From Ptychomitrium polyphyllum (lineage: Eukaryota), in assembly GCA_973851085.1 (NCBI GenBank), contig OZ316776.1, positions 10,788,001 to 10,852,000 of the forward strand: DNA of 64,000 nt, given 5' to 3'. Below the pieces are notes generated by a model. That model was not told where the DNA came from, searched no databases, and saw nothing but the letters and a program-made list of their open reading frames with translations. The position numbers were made by a program, and so were the translations under genes. Numbering within the stretch: position 1 is the first letter of the stretch; each line of letters starts with the position of its first letter. Positions 12,171-25,059 of the stretch are shown one piece after another.

Positions 12171-15100
12171 TAGTACCTTTCAATTGTGAAAAAAAAGAAG
12201 TAAAGTTTGCCTCAAGAGGTTTTTAATCATAAATAGTTAGGTGTATTGGTCCTCCTTTAACACATAATTAGGTGTGGTGCCTTGCATACTCGCCTTGGTC
12301 TTGTCTTAGGTCTGGTTTTGGGGCTCAGTTGCCCTGCTTTTCTACCTGGATGTGCATTCAGAGAGCTAGTAGGGCTGGACTTGTGTTCTAATTCCCTGCA
12401 CTGAATCCTCTTTCCATTTACTTTAAAAGAAAAATCTCAGAAAATTAAAGGGCATTATTAAGGTGCATATGTATGTTTTATTAGTCAGCAACTTGAACAA
12501 GAGGGTATGTGGAATTATGTGATATGGCAAGGATTGGTGTATTAGGAGACATGCATTGTTCCTTATGAAATGCAATTGATTCCTTATATATCCAAAAAAT
12601 TCAATATATGTATAATATCTCTTAGTTCGATTAGCCCCATGGCATGAGGCATAGTATAAAAGGGATGCAACATCTATTTGTGTATCTTGACACTGTTATC
12701 ACCACATGACCAAATGTATTGTTGCTTGAATATATGAATTTTAAAGAAAAATTAAACTAATTCAAATGCTAGCTTCTAATTAGAATAAAATATAGTGTCC
12801 AATGCAAGTGATTGATATTGGTTTTGATATCTATCCTACCATAAACATGTGCCTTTGTACATGAGAAATGCACAACATTTTGTTGTATATATTACATAGT
12901 CCAAAAACATATTGTGTGATTTTATGATATACTATTCAAACAATTTACAGCCTTGAAATGCATTTTATATAGTCAAAATATAAATTCAATATATGCACTA
13001 TAAAGTTTAGAAATATACAATCTAGCTTCAATATACGGGTTGAAGTTATAATATGTACTTACCATTTTTACAATTAAAGATGACAACATGTTTGGTAAAA
13101 ATAAGACTACAAGTTTTAAAACCTTAAACTCAGCTACTTCTAAATTTAATAAACTTAAGATTATTTCATTTGTTAAATTACATTTTGGCTACAAATTTTA
13201 AAAACCTAAAAAAATATTTACCTGATAACTTGGATTATTCATTCCATATTGAAAAGAGGAAACACATGCAATTCAATTTTTTTTAAAGAAATATATAATA
13301 AATGAAACATTCTGTATTTTGAGTGAATATTCACGGTACATTACATGAACTTCTTTGAAACACCATTTGATTTTTTTAATATAAAACATTGTTAATCATT
13401 CACAATTAACATATGCTATGTCCAATTTTTTTAATTTACTCATGGTAAGTCATTTTGAAAAGATGTCATGATCATGAAAAACCATTCACAATAAAAACAA
13501 GATGAAAAGTATTATTTTGCTACTATGAGAAATACAATGGATTAAAGAAAAACCAAAAAAATAATCCTGTTTTTCCAAATGCAACCTATTTGGTTATAAA
13601 TATTTGTATTGTTTTTCTTTTTTAACATGACATTTTTTGGAAATAGATATAAAACTGTATTATTGAAGGATTGATTATTGAATATAATTTCCTAGTGCTT
13701 TTAAATTTTTTTAAGAGTTATCAATGAAGAAATAAAAATCTTCAAATTTTCATTGTATACAAAAGAAAACTAAGAAAGAAATAGAAATTTTAAAAAATGA
13801 ATTGTAGTTTATAAAAAGAATTGGAATGAATGAAGTATTTGTTTGTCCAGATTTTGTATTTATGTCTACATTAGAGACTAAAAATACAAGAATAATGTCT
13901 TTTAGCACATGATATAAATCATACTATTTTATGATTAAATGATTAACTAGTAAGAACTTGATGCAGATCTAACAAGAACCTTAATAAGAATAAATAAAAA
14001 CTATACAAAGTTGAAAAAACATGTATATTTATGGAATTTTGAAATGAACAGTTTTATACAAAGAATTTAATGGATTACAACATATATTTATATGAAATAT
14101 TAGTTATTGAGCCATAAATCCTACTACTGATTAAATAAAACATGTTTCATACAACTAGGATGGATTTGAAATCTTCTAAACTCATTTGAATTCTTCTTTT
14201 ATGTACATTGACTTAACATTCATAATAAAATAAACATATCATAATATATGGCAATAAGCTTTATGTTTTTAAATATTTCATGTATTTTTGCAATAGATGG
14301 AATATGTGTGGAGACTGGTTTTTGTACCAATAACAAACAATGGAGCAATATTCTAATATAATCTTTAAATGCTATATATTAAAAATAGGCATTTATTTGT
14401 CTTTCAAAAAGAAAACATTTTGACAAAAAATTGATCAATATAATATATGGTAAGGTTTAAACAAAGGTGTAATGGTATTTATGTTTTATATAGAAGTCCT
14501 CACATACAAAGAATATGATATTAATTCTTTAAGATTCTATGAAGATGGTAGGTATAATAGCATATATGTGGCATTTATTATTTGTAGAAAGCTCCAACTT
14601 GGGACTTTGGTAGTTTAATATAATCATATTGATAAAAATTTCAACTTCATTTTTGGCTTGAAATCCATTGGATGTCCATGTCTATTTCAAATATGAAAAG
14701 AAGATATATAAAATGTTAATAAGAAAGATACATTGAAACTTTTAAGGATTAGAACAGAGCCTTGCAATGGCTTCTTTGATTTACAAGTAAAAGCTAGATG
14801 CTTTTAGAAAGTTTTATTTTGTTGAAGAGTATCAATGAATGATTTAGCGTTCGTCAATATATAAATTTTAAATTTATTTACAATTTTTAAAAGTTTTTTA
14901 GGTTCTTAAACTACATTACTATGCTTTTTGACTTTTAATGCATATTTATGTTGTTATTGTTTATATAAGCTATGATTTTTAAAGAGGCTAACTTAACTTC
15001 TATTATTTATTTATTATTTGGGTGTTTTAAAATCAATTTTTTGCCTATATAAACATAAAGCATATTTCAAAATTGAAAATTATGAATAAAAATGTATTAG

Positions 15101-18100
15101 CCAAATTCAATATTTAAAAATATATAAGCTTTATGTAATAATACTATTTATCCATTTAACATCATATTAATTGATTAAAAAAAAATCAATTTATATAAAA
15201 TACCGTCAATATGAAAGCTTAATAAAATACCTACAATTATGTTTTATAATATAAATTTGTAATAACATGTTTAAAAAATTGATCACTTCTTTAATATCAT
15301 AAAATATGCTAATGCTATCAATAAACATAATGGTTATTTTAAATTGTTGAAAAACATACTAATTTTGTTTCTATTTAAACCTCAAAGGTACCCATTGAAT
15401 TTTTGACTATTCAAATGACTAAAAGTTTGGAAAAACATGTAATTTTTCAATTTTTATTAAATTTTTAAATAAAATGTGTTAGATTGGATTTTAATTCAAT
15501 TCTAGATGTTGTTGTAAAAGCCTTACTTCAATACAAGGTGTTGCAAAAAAATTTAAAAGCATTTTAGTTGAAGAAGGTTCAATCAATAAATACAATATAT
15601 CATTTTGTAAATTTTGATTAAAATTTTGATAAATTAAAAGTTTATAATAATAGGTGGAATCGTTTAATTATATATAAAACTTAAATAAACCATTGAAGAA
15701 ACTTTCTTTGATGTAATAATCTTTTAGCTTAGAAACATAACATTTTTTGATTGGATGACCTTGCACCATCATGAACAATACTAAAATACTATCTTATATT
15801 ATTTTCAAATGCTAAATTTTATTAAATATGATTCATAATAAAGCATTTAGCTCAAATACTTTATTGTAATAATGGTGCATGATTATGTGGCTAAGAAATG
15901 TCATGTACATGAAAAAAAACAAAAAAATACTTAAATCTATTCCAATAAGTTTTTTTGGTTTTTGATCAAAATAAATAAATTAACAATACTAACAAACTAT
16001 ATTTAAAATTACTATAATATTTCAATTATTTCTAACTCTTTAATAAAAAATTTAATGCTTGTGTGTGATATCAAAAATTTATAAAGAATCAAAGTTTTAA
16101 GAAATAATCATAAAAATTGCATTTTAAAGGCCATCAAGTATAAATGAGTTTTGTACAAAAGCCCTTCAAATTTTCATTAATTTTTCTTTTTTTTCTTCCA
16201 AAAGCTTATTATTATTACCATTTTAAAAATAAAAATTCACGTTATTATAGACTATCTTGAATATTAGCAAAGATGGAGAAGTATATCATTTTTCATTAAG
16301 AATGTTATTTAATGTGTTAATTTTTTTATTCAAGTTCTCAAAGAAGATAAATATTTTACTTAAAAGAAAAACATTGATACCATTCACTGCATAGAAAAAA
16401 AATTATAATCATATTTTGTAAGAATATTCATCTTTATAGGAAAATTTCAAGCATTTTAAAAACAAATAGTATTAAAAATATTTTTTTTAAAAAACAAAAT
16501 GGTTGTAATAGATAAAATATTTCAATAAAAAAAATTGGCCCCTATTCATAATGTGTCTTGGTATTATTTTATTAAAATTTAACTCCAAAAAGCCAAATCA
16601 TATACTTTTATAATTGCATTCATCCAAATATGTATCTTTTTGCTTCCATTAAGCACTTTTTTCTATTTTTTGAAATCAATATATTCATTCAAGATATAAG
16701 ATGAAATGTAATTTCCAACTATAATCTTTAATTTTAGTGATTTTCAATGTATATAAGAAATTTTGGACTGTATTTTGGATTAAGACACATATATTTGTAA
16801 GTGGTAATTTTAATGGCCATATGATAAAATACATGCTGATATATAAACATGTTATTTGGAGTTTTAAAAAATTATTTGTTTTAAGATTCCAACCAATGCT
16901 TATAAACAAATGATATTTTCAATAAAGAATAATTTTTTTCAACTTTAAAACATCAAAGATGTCTTGTGAAGGCTTGGACAAACCTATGTATATGATCCTA
17001 TGCAAAATTCATAGGACAAATGAAAGTTTGCATTGAGTATCATCAATGTCAAAAGTGTCAACATTGGTTGGTTTTACAAAATATTGGCTATTAATAATTA
17101 AGTGCCAATTTTCTTATATAAGTTATTTTGTCAAAATGGATTTTTTTGCATCACTTTCTTTTAAGCGACTTTGCCTACTTTCTTGCACCATTACCTGTAA
17201 GCGACACCATTGCAATCCATATGGAATTTCTACTAGAAGGCATGAATGGGTGTGATCCAAATTTTGAGATGCATTGGTGTATTTGTGAGGCTAAGCGTGC
17301 AATGGTAGTGAATAAGAATTGATGTGTAGAAGCACCATTGTATTTTGCATGTTTTAAGATTCAACAAAGATACAATTGATGCAAGTGACTATTGCCTTTC
17401 ATTAGAAGTACCTTTAGTAAGAAGTGTAGTTTGAATAGAATGCCTATGAAAAATATTAAATTGAAGAAATATTCAACTTATAATATCCCAATGTTAATAA
17501 CAATGAGTATGATTTTTTTTCATTTTGAATTATTTTTTAATTTTATTGATTTAAAATCATTATTTGATGTAAATGTTCCAATTTATTATTTAAGGACTAA
17601 TGATGTTGAATTCTGCTCTTTTTTGATGCAATGATATCAATAACACTTGATTTAATCTTTCTTGATTTAATTTGAGTACTTTAATGGATGTTCAAAACAC
17701 CTTTGGCACCAAGTGCAAGCTCAAGCCTTCCAATTGGAATTAATTTGAATAGCTATGGCAAGTGTAGACACATATTACAGGCATGGCGGCACAAAAAATA
17801 ACTTAGTCTAGAAATCAATAAAATTTGACCATTTTCCAAAAAAATACACAGATCAAATGTTGCTAGTTAGATGTATGTCATAAAAACAAGTCATTTTCTC
17901 ATCGTTGATACACCAAGTAAAATACAAGATTATAATGTGTTGGAAGATGCACATAAAAATTGGATCAATATTACTACTTGATATTCTTAACAATGGAATG
18001 TGTATCCTTGGTATGCAAAGTGTATGCCAATTGTATATAAAATATTTTATACAAATCAAGAATTGCTTCACATCTTGTTTTATTTTGATATTTTTCCCAT

Positions 18101-20786
18101 CTTGATTATTTTGATATTTTTCCATTTTCTCACATAGCTTACTTCTTCTACCTTAAATACCCATGTCTTAGGGTAAATTTTTTTCTTGTTCCATCTTCCC
18201 TAGAACAAGGTGTGAAGTGGCCCTTAAACAAGTTGATATTTCAAAAAGCTTGCTGCCCAGAGACATGAGGTGGACTATAAATATAACAACTTTTATTAAG
18301 CCACTAATGTGTCTGAAGACTGCTCGTGCTCAGACTATAAGTTATTTGGAAATCAGTTCCATTTGGCAACTTCATAGACTCTATGGTAAACACATTTCTG
18401 GGTAAACACATTTCTATGCAAGTACAGTGAGCTGTAGCAATAACAATTTTTTTACTTTTTACAACTGCACTCATAAATCTATGTATTTAATAAGATATCC
18501 TCAAAATTTGAAGATATTTTTTGGATTTAAATCTCACGTTCACTTTGGCAAATATTTTAAAAACCAGTACTATTTGCAGGGAAATGTGTAGTTTGAGATA
18601 TTTTAATTTTGTCTGTGGTGGCTGGCATACCAATGGAATGGCCTGGAGTCAGGTGCATCCTGACCAGAGTCCAAATCATTTTCTAGAATCCTGTGAGCTT
18701 GCCAACCATGCCACATACACCTTTAGGGGGTCATGAGACTCATTTGGAGCTCTTTCCTTGTTTCAACTGTTCTAAGCCCCATCACTAATTTACCAATAAG
18801 TACCACTTGGACAGCTAGAGGACTCCAATTGGACCGACACATTAGTCGATTTTCCAGCATCAGCATGCGTACTATGGCATGTAGATTTGAGCAGTGGATA
18901 TGCTGGGATATGAGCATACCCTGTGACTCTGCAAATTTTGACAATATACTCTATTTAAAACCCTTAAAGACTTGTACAATGCAAAATGGCTTGTAATAAA
19001 TATTTGAAGACCTTTTTGGAAATTAAAAAACTTTCATATGAAGTTTCAAAAAATTATTGTTTCTAAGGTGTAAATAATTTAAATAAAGCAATTCCAAGCT
19101 AATATAACATTGTTCAATTTTTTGTTTATGGAAAAAGAAAATAATAACTAACATATTTGTGATAGAAGAAAATTTCATCTTTGGAAAAACTAACAATGTT
19201 CTAAATGATGTAAGTGACACATTTCTATTTTCATGGATACACCTTATGATTTTAACAAATCATCAAAGTTTCAAAGACTGAAATGGCAATACTTGGTGAT
19301 TTCTATAGATGATCCATAATTGAAGGTGATGATGACATAAATTTTGCATCTAAATTAGTTTTACCTACTACCATAGTTTATCCATTCATTTTGAAAATTT
19401 GCTTACAACAATTCTTCAGATTACTTTTCACATTGATATACAAAAGTAGAGAAAGCGTACAACATGTTCATATGCTGAAATAACATTTAATATAAATTCA
19501 TAAAAACATCCATCAATATATTAAAAATAGTATTTGATATCATTGATTTTGAATGAAAAGTTCATTGTTGAAAGTAAAGTACCTTGATAGTATCACTAAT
19601 ATTAAATATCAATACAACTATAATTAAACCAACAAGACAAGGCAAGTTATGAAGACATGTGAATAGAAATTTATTATAACATTGAAATGTATACTTTTAG
19701 AAATCTCTCATAGTTATTACTATTTTTTTCCTCTAATTTGCACATGTAGATAAATTCTAAAAAATGCATTAGTCTACAAAAATTTAATTCATGAGTCTTG
19801 CATATGTTGTATAAATGTTACTTCATTTCATTTGTTGATAAGAATGCTATGGTATAATACTACATGTCAACGTTTATATGATTTTATAAGAAATAACTTT
19901 AATAATAAAAATTTTAGACATGCACTTTGAGGCAATTTAATTTTACATACAAGTTTAATACCAAAAGCCCAATTATGCAGATTTACATAATTTCATTCAT
20001 CTAAATATATACACTAGTAGCACTTTCATCCATTCATTTGGACAAAAAACTTGTAGAATATGCATGTATGTTAAGATGCAATTTATAACTATAATATAAA
20101 ACTTCAATTTAGATCAAATCCAAATCAAGCAAAAGGCTTTGGCTAAGAGTTGAAATTCTACTAAAATAATTAACAAACTCATTCTTTTTACTTCAAAAGG
20201 TGCATTAATGACCTAAGATATATACATTAAAATAAGTGTGCCAATAAAGTTAGTGAAGCTTTATAGCATTGGAGAATGTACGTCAATTACAAACAGACGA
20301 TGGATAAAGAAAGAGGTGAAACTACTAATTAAGGAAAGGTGTAAGTTTACCCCCCACGCAAACAAAAAAGAGAACGAGAAGAGAAGTGAAGAGAAAGAAA
20401 GAGGAAAAAGAAAAAAGAAAAATTCCAATGACCTGCTAGTTGCGTTACGTTCAAAGGTGCTCAGGAGCACTCACAGAGGACCAGAGTTGCAGAAAGTGTC
20501 CGGAATGGGCTCCTTCGCGGCGGCGGCAGCGGCGACCCCAAAGGGACGGTGTTGGGGGAGCGGCGGCAGGGCAGAGGGGGAACGGAACGAGGGGCGTGGG
20601 GAGGCTGATTCATTGAACGGATCGCAGGCCGTGGTGCCGCCATCGCAATCCATCCCATGCAGGCGACGCCGCTGCATCCCAGGACTGGTGTACTCCACCA
20701 CTGGCAGTGCGGCGGTAATCCATCAAGCGCAGCGTGCGAGCACGGTGGCATCCGCGCAGTAATCGCCCTTTTGGGCGTTGGCGGCG

Positions 20787-23700
20787 ATGGAGTGCGTGGT
20801 ACAAGGCATTCTGGAAGCCAAGGTCGGTGATTTCCGCCCTCTCTCTTCTTTCCCCTCTACTGTGGATTATCCCCCCCCCCCGATGCGACGATGGATGTGG
20901 CAGCGCTGGATGCAATGCACAGGGTGGGAGTTTCGTCCCTCGCTCAGTGCGATGTGGGCCAGCCTCCGACCTCCCGTGTCGTGGTCGATGCCTGCCTGCC
21001 TGCCTGCCTGTTGCGGGGATATTTGAGGGGTGGGAGCTGCTTATATACCAGCTTTGGCTTGCGCATTTGTTCACTCACACCCTCTACTTCCTCTACCTCT
21101 CCATACTTCCATACCTCTCCATTGTGGAAGCCTGCCTGCCTGCCTGCCTGCCTTGCCCTGTTCTTCTGGTTTCCTCTACCTTAGTTTTACCTCTGTTCCT
21201 ATGTCATACTGCGTGATTGGTTTTCAGTATTTGATCGATTCTTATGGTCAGTGTGTTCGACCGCCACATTCTTGTCCCCCTTCCTTGTAGAAGTTGTAGG
21301 TAGATTTTTACCTTTTTATTCTTTTTCCTCTGTGCCTGGATTATCTCCGGTGTTTTTAGTGTAGTCAACGTGTAATCCAGATGGCTCTGCGAATTAGATG
21401 TGCAGGGATTCTTTAGAACTGTAACGAGTCCAATGTAGGTAGTCTCACGCATTACGTGATTCATACATGTTGTGTACCACCTGCTTGGTGGCCGCAGGTT
21501 TACAGCAGGGTTTACAAGGAACATGGCGGTCCTTTAATTTTTTTTAAAGTGTAAAATTCAAACTTACAGTTGTTTCAATGTGATCCGGTTCCAAGTAGTT
21601 GTTTACTACAACGCTTGCTGTCCCTTTTGAATTCTTTGTCACCTCCTCGCTGTGAGAGTAACTACATCTCTCTAATTCTCTGGTCTATCGTGCAGCAAGG
21701 ATTTCTCTTAGTGCACTCGTAGCAAGGAGTGACCGTGACTACTTTAGAATCGTCCACGATCCTCTGTGTCTGACTCCTTCTTCTCTTTTTTTTTGTGAAG
21801 ACTTCTTTTTTTCCATTTAATTTTTCAGTCTTATGTTTGTCTTGGAATTTCTCGTGACAATTTTAGAATCGGCTACGCATGGCAGATACAGTTGATATTC
21901 AGTTTCTGCATTGGACGTCATCCTAACTTAGCTGCTCCAATGCCACGGCTCTGCATCTGCACCTGCACCCGAGTGCCGTGAAGTCTAATGCCCTGATAGC
22001 CACGAAACCTCTAGTTCTGTTGAGTCCAAAGTGGCACCGAGCTGAAGGTTCAGCTGGGTGTTTAGTCAGATTAATATAGTACGATGGCACGATGGTGCGG
22101 GTGCATTTGCAGAGCTGTGGCATTGGAGCTATCGTCTGCCCTTAGTTTATTTTACAAAATACTCATAGTTCGTGGTGGCGTCGCTTCATTCTTCTTCGCA
22201 GCTATCTGTCTTTCTCCTGCTGTCATGTCATGTTCCTGCATCTGCACCTGCACCGCACAGCTTTGGAGATCGTTCATGAGTCAGAATTGCGTTGTTGCTA
22301 ATCCTGCCTTCAGTTTCTCGCTGGGCTTGAGATGAATCAATCTTTTTCTTCTGGACTTTTCTCTGGCATGATGGTGGAGGTGCTTATGCAGAAATATTAT
22401 ATAGCAGCTGACACACACTCACTAGTTTGTTGGAGTACACACTTCTGTCTGTGATGCATTGGTAATGCCGTTCCACTCCTTTGTGCCATTTGCTTGTTTT
22501 TCGGAGCTCCTCGGCTTCCTTTGCAATTGGTTTTAATTCGTGAATGTGTGTGTTTGCTGCTCCTCGCCGGGTGGACTACAGCATGTGGATGCGTTGGAGG
22601 TTTTATTGCAGGGGCTCTGTGGAGGGCTCCGAGAAACAATTAAAGTTCATGAGATATGTTTGAAAACCGGACCCAATTTAGGTGCGATCTCAAATTTCTG
22701 CTTCTTTTGTAGCTGAATTTATTACTGTCTAAGAGATTTCATGATGTGGAGGCTGTTTACTGTCTTCTACAGGCGCGGTGGCGTCCGAAGTCCATCTCTG
22801 CTGCTCGTTATCCCAGCCGGAACCTGTGTGGTATGTTTCAGCTCTTTCATCTTTGAGCGGTTCCCTTGGTTATGATACTATTGTTCATTTTCTGTTAAAG
22901 TATTTGGAATTTTTCCAAAGTATCGTCAGTTGCAACTTTTAGCAGCTTCTATCATTTACAAGAACCGGCTAGTGATTGTTGGCCAACGATATCAAGGACC
23001 ACACTATCATTCAAAGAATCCCTTAAATCGCGGTGGCCTGTATGCCTGATATTCGTACACTTTGACCTCCTGAATCTTCACTTTTGACTTCACAGAGATC
23101 GGTAAAGGCAAGCAACTAGCTTCCTGTCTGTCTATCCTTTAACCTCCTGTAATTGGGGGTTACATATTTAATATAACTTATCATGGTGCTTTGAAATATT
23201 TGGGCCAGTGGATGAGAGCAACGAAAGTAACTCCTAAGTTAGTACAAGAGCTCTAGAACGGCTTCTGGTGTATTGGCTTGTCTCTGACAGAAAATTGCAA
23301 GCTTATTTACTCTCGCCGAACACGAGGCAGGTCAGTGCGCCATATAGGTGGGGCAATGAGAGGAGCAGGAGCAGAGCAGCTCCCTGCTTTGGTGCGTCCT
23401 GTGCTCGAAGCTGCAATTAGTAACAACTCACTTCGCTTCATGCATGCGCTTGGCTACAAGCTGGACTACGAAATGCTTCGAACGGGCTTTTCGTTCCAGA
23501 TGCTCAAGACAGTTCCTATTCCTGTGACCATCAACATAGCTGTGACGACTGTTCATAGATTGCCTAAAACCCATGCCGTAGATGATGCACAACCAGTTAC
23601 ACCTGGCTTGCACATGGTGCAGCTTACAGCTCCTGCATCTCCTGATAATTATTCCGACGTGGTTGGTGCTATTTCCGGTTTGGCTGAGTACTTGGCCCCG

Positions 23701-23957
23701 TAAGCTTTCATACCACTCACCTCTTAGATTCTGTTCAAAGCAATGCAATTAGTAGTTGTTAGATTCAACTCTGAATTTTTGGTTTTGTTTTTAGCCATGT
23801 GATCTTTGGAATATTCACTAATCTTGTTTCTCGTGTACTTTTTGTATGAAGGCTTGTCCATCTTTCAAAGCCTGGAGTACCTGCAGGTATTGTTCCGACT
23901 GCCTCCACAGCTGCTGCGGCCCTTGTCTCGAGAGGTGGTATCACCAAAGTACTGTAG
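20787..23957 (+). CDS. MED18: Mediator complex subunit 18 (5 exons: 20787-20822, 22582-22681, 22773-22830, 23331-23699, 23852-23957; 222 aa)
   Basis: The spliced product MECVVQGILEAK-HVDALEVLLQGLCG...HEICLKTGPNLGAVASEV...W-SVRHIGGAMRGAGAEQ...ALGYKLDYE...AEYLAP-LVHLSKPG...IVPTAS matches plant MED18 along its full length. All introns are GT-AG with consistent phases (669 nt). Confidence 0.95.
21042..21080 (+). promoter_or_regulatory. Putative intronic Pol II core promoter (TATA plus initiator-like motif) upstream of the miRNA hairpins
   Basis: TATATA at 21042-21047, TCACTCA about 30 nt downstream (21071), then a CT-rich leader-like tract. Confidence 0.4.
21638..21733 (+). ncRNA. Unassigned miRNA-like hairpin in MED18 intron 1
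   Basis: Arm 21638-21664 (GTCACCTCCTCGCTGTGAGAGTAACTA) pairs with 21709-21733 (TAGTGCACTCGTAGCAAGGAGTGAC): about 23 pairs including G:U, 2 mismatches and 2 single-base bulges by hand pairing. Confidence 0.45.
21934..22129 (+). ncRNA. MIR1030: pre-miRNA of the miR530/miR1030 family, copy 1; mature 21950-21970 UCUGCAUCUGCACCUGCACCC, star ~22095-22115
   Basis: Near-continuous stem 21934-21969 against 22094-22129 with only two internal mismatches. The 21-mer matches the recalled moss miR1030 core UCUGCAUCUGCACCUGCACC and resembles angiosperm miR530. Confidence 0.9.
22217..22407 (+). ncRNA. MIR1030: pre-miRNA of the miR530/miR1030 family, copy 2; mature 22235-22255 CCUGCAUCUGCACCUGCACCG, star ~22374-22394
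   Basis: A second copy of the same core pairs with TGGTGGAGGTGCTTATGCAGAAAT (22372-22395) and has an extended lower stem (CTGCTGT/ATAGCAG). Only the mature sequence is well conserved between the two hairpins; loops and lower stems differ. Confidence 0.87.
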
Positions 23958-25059
23958 CGCTTTCTCGTGTTAGATATGAAGTCAACAGCAAACTAAAAGT
24001 GTAAAGTGCGTCTGGGTCTTTAGGTAATAGAACGGGAGTAATGTCGGATACGGTAGTGAAATGGAACTTTGCTTCTGTTATGCCTTCCTCCTGTGAGTCC
24101 ATCAACATCTTCAGAAACAATATGATAATTTTACTAATCAGTGAGGATGAAGTCGTTTACAGCGATTGTACAGAGACTGTACACTGATAGTTTTCTTTTT
24201 GACTTTTGATATTATTTTGTGGATGCTTTCTCTAAGAATAGCTCTGTTCTGATTACTTGCATGCACATTCAGTGCCTGATCTTCAAAATGAAGTGTTGCA
24301 ACAAATCTTTGATTTGTTTACATTATGATATTATGATATACATTCTGCAGAACTATTTGTTTCAATCCATATCCATGATAAAAATTTGGAAATAGTCTGG
24401 ATGTGCAGGTTAGTGTGTACATAATCAAGTTAAAGAATGAAGTCTGTCCAAAGTTTGAGAAATTTGTACAACTACCCCCAGTACACTGAAAAGATTTTAT
24501 GCTTTACAATTCTACTCATCAGGAACCTGAATGAGTATACATCCTCTATACAATCAGGATAAACTGAATAGGAAAATCTTACATTTATTTATTAAAAAAT
24601 TAGATGGCAAGATGTCCATTGTTTTTGTTTCTGAGTGGAGCTGAGACTCATTAAATTAAAACACAAGATGCTTACATATAGCTAACAATGAAAGAATTGA
24701 ATGTGTATCACTGAAAATGTGAATATGATTCCACTTAAAAGTAATAAAGCAGTTTTGTTTCAATAATGATTTATTGAATTTTACACAAGTTCGAAAATAT
24801 CATAGGGAGGTTCAGATTCATGAATTCATATTTTCCTATTGCAGTCATAAATTTTTAATTGAACACTACTCCACTTCTCCTCATGGCATACTTCATATTT
24901 CTGGTCACATACTCCACTACACTATTGGTCCATGGTCATGCTGCTAAACAATGTTAATACTTTCACACATATCAGCCAAAGTATAAACTTTTCAGAGGCA
25001 AATTGAAACTAACCAAGTGAACTGCTAGGGAACCAACTTGCAAAAGGGAATACATGAGA

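Noticed and set aside
16900..19500. Possible hAT or other transposase relic
   Set aside because: The region looks like decayed repeat DNA, but no diagnostic motif could be recovered by hand translation.
20238..21290. Many overlapping GC-rich ORFs around the MED18 5' end
   Set aside because: Products are low-complexity or driven by (CCTG)n repeats. Only 20787-20822 is supported as coding.
21360..21530. Further weak fold-backs in MED18 intron 1
   Set aside because: Hand pairing needs many bulges and gives no clean 21-nt duplex.
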